Source: a virus
Lineage: Duplodnaviria; Caudoviricetes
Length of the DNA: 28,037 nucleotides
Reading direction: 5' to 3' (one strand)
Virus record (IMG/VR): IMGVR_UViG_3300033067_000947
Location: 1 to 28,037 of that record
Made by a program: the position numbers and the translations under genes. Of this stretch, positions 23,085 to 28,037 are shown piece by piece (the first letter of the stretch is position 1; every line of letters begins with the position of its first letter). Under the pieces are notes generated by a model. That model did not search any database and was not told the origin of the DNA. It saw only the letters and a program-made list of their open reading frames with translations.

Positions 23085-23662
23085 TGATCCCTGAGATGCT
23101 TGCTGCGCCGGGCGGTCTTGGCGCGCTGCTCCATATGATACTTGCCGATCCTACGCTGATCCTGACGGCCGTGTCGGCTACGGTCAGCGCGGCATCGTCT
23201 GTGATGCAGGGCAACCAACAGGCGGGGGCTCTCGACGCACAGGCCAAGGCACAGGACGAAGCCGCGATCACTGCCGAACGCGAAGGCGCGGCCAATGAAT
23301 CGGCGCAGCGTATCCAGAACCGGCGCTTGCTTGGTGAGCAGATCGCATCGGCCGGGGCGAATGGTTTGACGCTCTCGGGCAGCGTGAAGGATTTCACTCT
23401 GGATAGCGCCGTCGATCAAGAGATGCAGGCCCTGAACCTTCGCTATCAGGCCGCCACACAGGCGCGGGGGCTTCGCGTCGGCGCTGCACAGGATCGCGCC
23501 GCGGCGAAGTCGGCCAAGCTGAATGGATACCTTGGCGGCGCGGCTGCGCTGATCGGGGGCGGGGCGGATGTCTATGGCAAGATCAGCGGTGGCGGGAGCG
23601 GATCATCGCCTGGCGGGCTCTCTCTTTCGCGCGGCGGCGGAAGCCTCGTGAGGCGCGGCTAG
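23081..23662 (+). CDS. Internal virion/ejection protein (T7 gp14-like)
   Basis: Hydrophobic N-terminus, Ala/Gln coiled coil, GEQIASAGANG..L.GS; start may lie a few codons later (MILADP). Confidence 0.8.
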   Translation: MMIPEMLAAPGGLGALLHMILADPTLILTAVSATVSAASSVMQGNQQAGALDAQAKAQDEAAITAEREGAANESAQRIQNRRLLGEQIASAGANGLTLSGSVKDFTLDSAVDQEMQALNLRYQAATQARGLRVGAAQDRAAAKSAKLNGYLGGAAALIGGGADVYGKISGGGSGSSPGGLSLSRGGGSLVRRG

Positions 23663-23663
23663 A

Positions 23664-25388
23664 GTGCCCGTTTTACCATTTGGCCCGCAGTATCAGGGTC
23701 CGGGACTGTCGGGCCCGTCGATCCCGAGGGCGCAGCCCAATGGCCCAGCCGAGGGGCTCGCAAAGATCAGCGACGCATTCGGTCACGCTGCCGGCGTACT
23801 TCAGGAGCGCGATAACACCGACGCTCGCATCTACAGGGCCAAGAAGAATGCAGAGATCCACGCCAAGCTGATCACCGGCCTGGCTGAAAAACAGAACTCG
23901 GGTGAGGACCTCACAGGGCTAAAGGGCTGGGCTGAGACGCAGACCAACAGCCTCTACGAACAGGCGATGAAGGATGCGCCGAACGACACCGCGCGCCAGT
24001 TGCTTAGCGTCGATTCCGTCGAAAGCGCGGCTGACTTCGGCGTGCAGGGGCTCAAGGCAGAGGCAGAATACAAGGTTGCCAAGCGCCTTGGCGACATTGA
24101 GGACACGCTAACCCTCAGCGCGAACAATCTTGTCAGCGACCCGGCATCCTTCGCGAAGGTCTATGCCCAGAACAAGGCGCTTATCGACAGCACGCCTATG
24201 CCGATCCAGGCTCGCCAAAAGGCCGAGGATAAGCTCAAGCAGCTTGGCGAAAGCGCCCTAAGCGGGATGATCCAATCGAATCCCGGCGGGGCGTTGGACA
24301 CGCTCAAGAGCGGGCAATGGGACAAATATCTAGATGCCGGAAGCCGCGTTTCCTTGCAGGCGCGGGCTGAGAACGAGATCGAGCAGCGCGCCGCACAGGC
24401 GCGGGCAGAAGCGAACCGGCGCCAGATGTCGGATCAGATCGCCGCGGTCAATGCGCGCCTGACGATTCAGGACGACCTCGCGAGCATCAAGGAAACGGGG
24501 CAGGGGATCGAAGGGTTCTCTCCGGATGTCGTGGCGCAGACCGTCGGGGGCAAGACGGGGCTCGCTCTCGCGACCGACTATGCGGCCAAGCGCGCCGCGG
24601 CGATTGAGTATCACGCGGCCACAAGCGGGCTGGACGAACTACCGAACGATCAAGTTCTGATCCGCGCCGCCGATGCCGAGGCTAATCTGCCCAAGCCCGG
24701 CGAGCCGGGATACGCGGCTGCGGTGGTGACTGCTAAGGCCGTCGAGACAAAGGCCAAGGCGGTTATTACCGCCCGTCAGGAAGACCCCGCCGCTGCGGTG
24801 AGCCGCAATCCTGCGGTGATGCAGGCAACCAAGGAAGTTGACCGGGCCAAACCCGAGACCGTGCAGGCTCTTGTGGCGGCGCGCATTCAGGCGCAGCGGG
24901 CATTCACCCCCGAAGGTGCCGAGCGTCCGCTGACCAAGGTGGAGTTGACCGACCTTGTTGCCCCCCTGCGCAATGTGCCGCCGAGTGACGAGCAATTCTA
25001 CAAGACCATCGACAGCCTGACGGCGACGATCCGCAACACCTACGGCGAATACGCTCCGGCGGTGCTGCGCCAGATGGCGACCCGCGGCGGCCTCGGGCTC
25101 GAAGCCTCACAGGCGTTCGCCGATGAGATTTACCGCGGCGCTCCGACTGCGCGCGGGGGCAAGACGCTTGACGTGAATGCCGACATCGCCCGTGGCGAGA
25201 ATGCAATGAGCATCGATGCCCAGGTGAGCGCGGCGGCAGACGAACTGAACAAGGTGGCGAACGTCCCAACCTTCAAGATGATCAATTTCCTGAAGGGGAA
25301 TGCCAACGATCCAGAGATCATCCGGCAGTTTGATGAAAAGTTCGGCCCTGGGGCTGCTGAAGCGATACTGAAAGCGAAGGCGAAATGA
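23664..25388 (+). CDS. Internal virion/ejection protein (gp15 position)
   Basis: 574 aa, Ala-rich and helical; C-terminal FDEKFGPGAA motif. Confidence 0.7.
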   Translation: MPVLPFGPQYQGPGLSGPSIPRAQPNGPAEGLAKISDAFGHAAGVLQERDNTDARIYRAKKNAEIHAKLITGLAEKQNSGEDLTGLKGWAETQTNSLYEQAMKDAPNDTARQLLSVDSVESAADFGVQGLKAEAEYKVAKRLGDIEDTLTLSANNLVSDPASFAKVYAQNKALIDSTPMPIQARQKAEDKLKQLGESALSGMIQSNPGGALDTLKSGQWDKYLDAGSRVSLQARAENEIEQRAAQARAEANRRQMSDQIAAVNARLTIQDDLASIKETGQGIEGFSPDVVAQTVGGKTGLALATDYAAKRAAAIEYHAATSGLDELPNDQVLIRAADAEANLPKPGEPGYAAAVVTAKAVETKAKAVITARQEDPAAAVSRNPAVMQATKEVDRAKPETVQALVAARIQAQRAFTPEGAERPLTKVELTDLVAPLRNVPPSDEQFYKTIDSLTATIRNTYGEYAPAVLRQMATRGGLGLEASQAFADEIYRGAPTARGGKTLDVNADIARGENAMSIDAQVSAAADELNKVANVPTFKMINFLKGNANDPEIIRQFDEKFGPGAAEAILKAKAK

Positions 25389-28037
25389 GCGATCAGAAAT
25401 CGCCCAACGTCTTCGACAACCCGACGTTCCGCGAGGAATATCTCACCAACTCGCAGACCGACCCTACGCTTGCGCAGCGCTTCTGGCTGAACATGACGGC
25501 GGGCCGGTTCAGGGAAACCCCGGAGGGGGCGGCGGGGCTTGCGCTATCCCCCGACCAACTGGATTCAACAGGCGCACTCGATGTCGAAGCCTCGCGAGCC
25601 CGTGAGAAGCTCCAGCTTTATGACAGCATGTCCAGCTCGGACGGGCTGTTGGAATACTCGGTTGCGGCCTTGGGCGACATCGCGGGTCAGGCCATGGCCC
25701 CTTCGAGCTATATCTCGGCGCCGGTCAAATGGGCGTCGGCGGTCCTAAAGGGGATCGCCAAGCCGGTTGTGGGCCGGATCGCAGACGCGGCGATCGGCAA
25801 CGCGATTGTCTCGACGGCGCTCGACCCTGCGGTGCAGGTGGCGAACATCGCCTCCGGGCAGCAGTCAGAATACGATGTTACCCAGACCGCCCTCGCTCCT
25901 GTCGCGGGAGCGGTCTTCGGCGGCGCGCTACATGCCGGCGGCGAGGTCGCGGCGCGGATTGTTTCGGGTGGTGAGAAGGTTCCACTCGACACAAACCCCA
26001 AGCCCTACGAACCGCCGGTTACGCCGGACCCGCAGGCAGCGCCCAATCAGGCAGCAGCGCCGGACCTTGCCGAAGCGACCGCCGATCCATCCGCAGCCCT
26101 TCCGCCAAGCGAAGTCAGGCCGGACTCCCAGCAGACGCCCGTAGCGACGGATGTTCCTGCCGCGGTTGAGCGGGACCAGGTGGACGCGACCGCCGCCATA
26201 GAAGTCACGCCGGAGGCCACAGCAGCCCTCACAGACGCGCAGAAGGCGAACGAGGGTGTTCCTCCGCCCCAGGTAGATCGCGAGCGCTGGCCCAATGACG
26301 GCGACGAGATAGCGGATTATGCGCGAGCCACGGCTGAGGGGATCGAGGGCATGGGAAAACTGGCTGATCTTCTGAACGCTGAAGCCGTGAAAGCCGGAGT
26401 CGATCCCGTCAAGCATGAAGCCCCGCCAGATGGTCTGGATTTCATCACGGGCTCGGAAAAGGCGCTCGCGACCCGCACGGCGATGCGGGGTGAGGTTGCC
26501 CCGGCATCCGGATTGCGTGCTGCGGCGGGAGCAATCGAGCCGATCAAGTCACGCCGGGCGACGCTGAAGGATTTGGTCAACACCCTTGACGCCACGGTGC
26601 GTCAGGGCGTGAGCGGAAAGGGGACAGCCTCCGCACTCGGCGTCTTCAACCGCAAGACGGGCGCGGTGCGGGCGCGCAATCTCGATGACGCGGGCGTGGT
26701 GGCGCACGAACTCGGCCACGACCTCCACATGCGCGTCATCGGCAAGCCGCTGGACGCGCTGGTCAACAAGCACAAGAGCGAGCTGAAATTTCTCGATTAC
26801 GATCCGCTCCAGATGCGTCCGCATGAGGGCTTTGCGGAGTGGATGCGGATCTGGGCCGTGAACCCCAGGCACGCTGAGAAGGCGGCGCCGAGGTTCACGA
26901 AGGAAGTCTTCGACCTACTGGACAAGGATCAGCCCAAGATCGCCGCCGCGCTGCGCGCCTATCAGCGGGACATGACTGCGTACCTGGCGGCCCCTTCCGC
27001 AGCGCGAGCGGTGGCGGACATGGCAGAATACGCCAAGCCCAAGGCGCTCGCGAAGGCTCTGGACAGCGTCAAGACCAAGGGCCTGAGCCAAACCATTGGA
27101 GGGTATTTCAACGCCGCCTATCGATCACTGATCGATGGGCAGACCTTCCTCCGACTCGGCACCCGCGAACTGCTCCGCGTCGCACAGGACAACCACTTCA
27201 AGGAAACCGGCGACAAGATCACGTTTGATCTGAAAGCGGTGGACGACCCGTACAAACTCAAGCGCCTCGCCTCCGACATCAAGTCCGTTGGCATGATGGA
27301 CCTCATGCACGGGGTCCGGCCCTATGGCGATACGCGCCCCAGCACGCGGCCTCTGTCTGAAGGCATCGCGGTCGCGACGGGCCAGCCGAGCCTTCTGGGG
27401 AAATGGGACGATGCGCGGGTCAAGGATTTCGGCGCCTATCTGATCGCCCTTCGGGGCAAGTGGCTTTACGAGGAGCGGTTCAACACCGGCATTCTGGATC
27501 GCCCCCCCACAGCGGCGACGCTGGGCGACCACATCGCGACTATCAAGGATATGGAGGCGCGCTACCCAGGATTTAAACAGGGCGCGGCGCTCACCCATCA
27601 ATGGGCGCGGGCGATGCTGAAGAAGCGTTTTGATGGCGGGCTGCTGACGCCCGAGCAATTCGCGGAAGCGCTGAAAGAGCCCTTCTACGTTCCTTATCAG
27701 CGGGACATGACCAACCTGAAGGGCGAAGACCTGGGCGGGGCTGGCAAGCCTGGCACTGGCCGGGACCTCGCCCGTTCAGACGTAAAGCGCCTCAAGGGCT
27801 CAGATCGGCCGATCGTCAACCCGATTCAGTCGCTCATTCAACAAGCCTTCAACGTCAACATGGCACTGCGCCAGAATGATGTGGTGCGCGCCTTGGATCG
27901 CCTCGCTACGCGGGCGGGCCCCGGCGGGGCAGCGATTGCCGAGCGCATCCCGAACTCGAAACTTGCGGCCATGCGGGTCGATCCGCTGGAAGCGTTACGG
28001 AGCGCCGGCAAGAAGCAAGGGCTCAGCGACGTTGATA
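25385..28037 (+). CDS. Large ejection/polyvalent protein with zincin metallopeptidase motif (3' truncated)
   Basis: ATG 25385 (ATGA overlap), open to window end (>880 aa); hydrophobic Gly/Ala region, Pro/acidic linker, AHELGH at 26702-26719, EGFAE at 26825, later YVPYQR and RLKGS.RPI.NP. Confidence 0.85.
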   Translation, partial: MSDQKSPNVFDNPTFREEYLTNSQTDPTLAQRFWLNMTAGRFRETPEGAAGLALSPDQLDSTGALDVEASRAREKLQLYDSMSSSDGLLEYSVAALGDIAGQAMAPSSYISAPVKWASAVLKGIAKPVVGRIADAAIGNAIVSTALDPAVQVANIASGQQSEYDVTQTALAPVAGAVFGGALHAGGEVAARIVSGGEKVPLDTNPKPYEPPVTPDPQAAPNQAAAPDLAEATADPSAALPPSEVRPDSQQTPVATDVPAAVERDQVDATAAIEVTPEATAALTDAQKANEGVPPPQVDRERWPNDGDEIADYARATAEGIEGMGKLADLLNAEAVKAGVDPVKHEAPPDGLDFITGSEKALATRTAMRGEVAPASGLRAAAGAIEPIKSRRATLKDLVNTLDATVRQGVSGKGTASALGVFNRKTGAVRARNLDDAGVVAHELGHDLHMRVIGKPLDALVNKHKSELKFLDYDPLQMRPHEGFAEWMRIWAVNPRHAEKAAPRFTKEVFDLLDKDQPKIAAALRAYQRDMTAYLAAPSAARAVADMAEYAKPKALAKALDSVKTKGLSQTIGGYFNAAYRSLIDGQTFLRLGTRELLRVAQDNHFKETGDKITFDLKAVDDPYKLKRLASDIKSVGMMDLMHGVRPYGDTRPSTRPLSEGIAVATGQPSLLGKWDDARVKDFGAYLIALRGKWLYEERFNTGILDRPPTAATLGDHIATIKDMEARYPGFKQGAALTHQWARAMLKKRFDGGLLTPEQFAEALKEPFYVPYQRDMTNLKGEDLGGAGKPGTGRDLARSDVKRLKGSDRPIVNPIQSLIQQAFNVNMALRQNDVVRALDRLATRAGPGGAAIAERIPNSKLAAMRVDPLEALRSAGKKQGLSDVD

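Larger units (their letters stand above)
1..28037. mobile_element. Temperate podovirus-like bacteriophage/prophage segment (lambdoid early region plus BPP-1/T7-like morphogenesis module), probable alphaproteobacterial host
   Basis: Continuous phage gene order from recombination through immunity, replication, terminase, portal, capsid, tail tubes and ejection proteins; pervasive ATGA/GTGA gene coupling; GcrA homolog suggests the host group. Confidence 0.95.

Noticed and set aside
13508-28037. Diversity-generating retroelement, suggested by the BPP-1-like structural genes
   Set aside because: No reverse transcriptase or TR/VR repeat pair seen; one could lie beyond the right edge
1-28037. GANTC (CcrM) site patterning linked to GcrA
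   Set aside because: Sites occur (e.g. 3906, 5151, 7772) with no clustering at promoters that I could establish by eye

Overview
This 28-kb window is the core of a temperate podovirus-type (pro)phage. The GcrA homolog points to an alphaproteobacterial host. It has a lambdoid-style control region: a leftward early operon (DUF1367-like, SSB-like, Erf recombinase, small genes), divergent cI-like and cro-like HTH genes with three clear 18-bp operators, and a rightward early operon (DUF551-like, GcrA, CII-like, small membrane proteins, VRR-NUC nuclease, DNA methyltransferase, DnaB helicase, initiator with internal ori). A late regulator with pR'/tR'-like signals follows, then a BPP-1/T7-like virion module (TerS, TerL, portal, Bbp19-like, scaffold, major capsid, Bbp16-like, fibre, tail tubular A/B, internal virion proteins, and a large ejection protein running off the right edge). 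Five observations stand out: (1) an HslV/proteasome-type Thr protease coupled to the portal at the prohead-protease position; (2) a possible cell-cycle/division takeover cassette of a double-HTH GcrA, a microprotein with an FtsZ C-terminal-like peptide and two 2-TM microproteins; (3) a replication module with about 28 CTCGAG/GAGCTC sites, words I did not see elsewhere in the window; (4) an HEXXH metallopeptidase inside the ejection protein; (5) an antisense ORF overlapping a peptidase-less repressor. Family names come from recalled motifs, not database searches. No integrase, lysis, tRNA, CRISPR or DGR element is visible.
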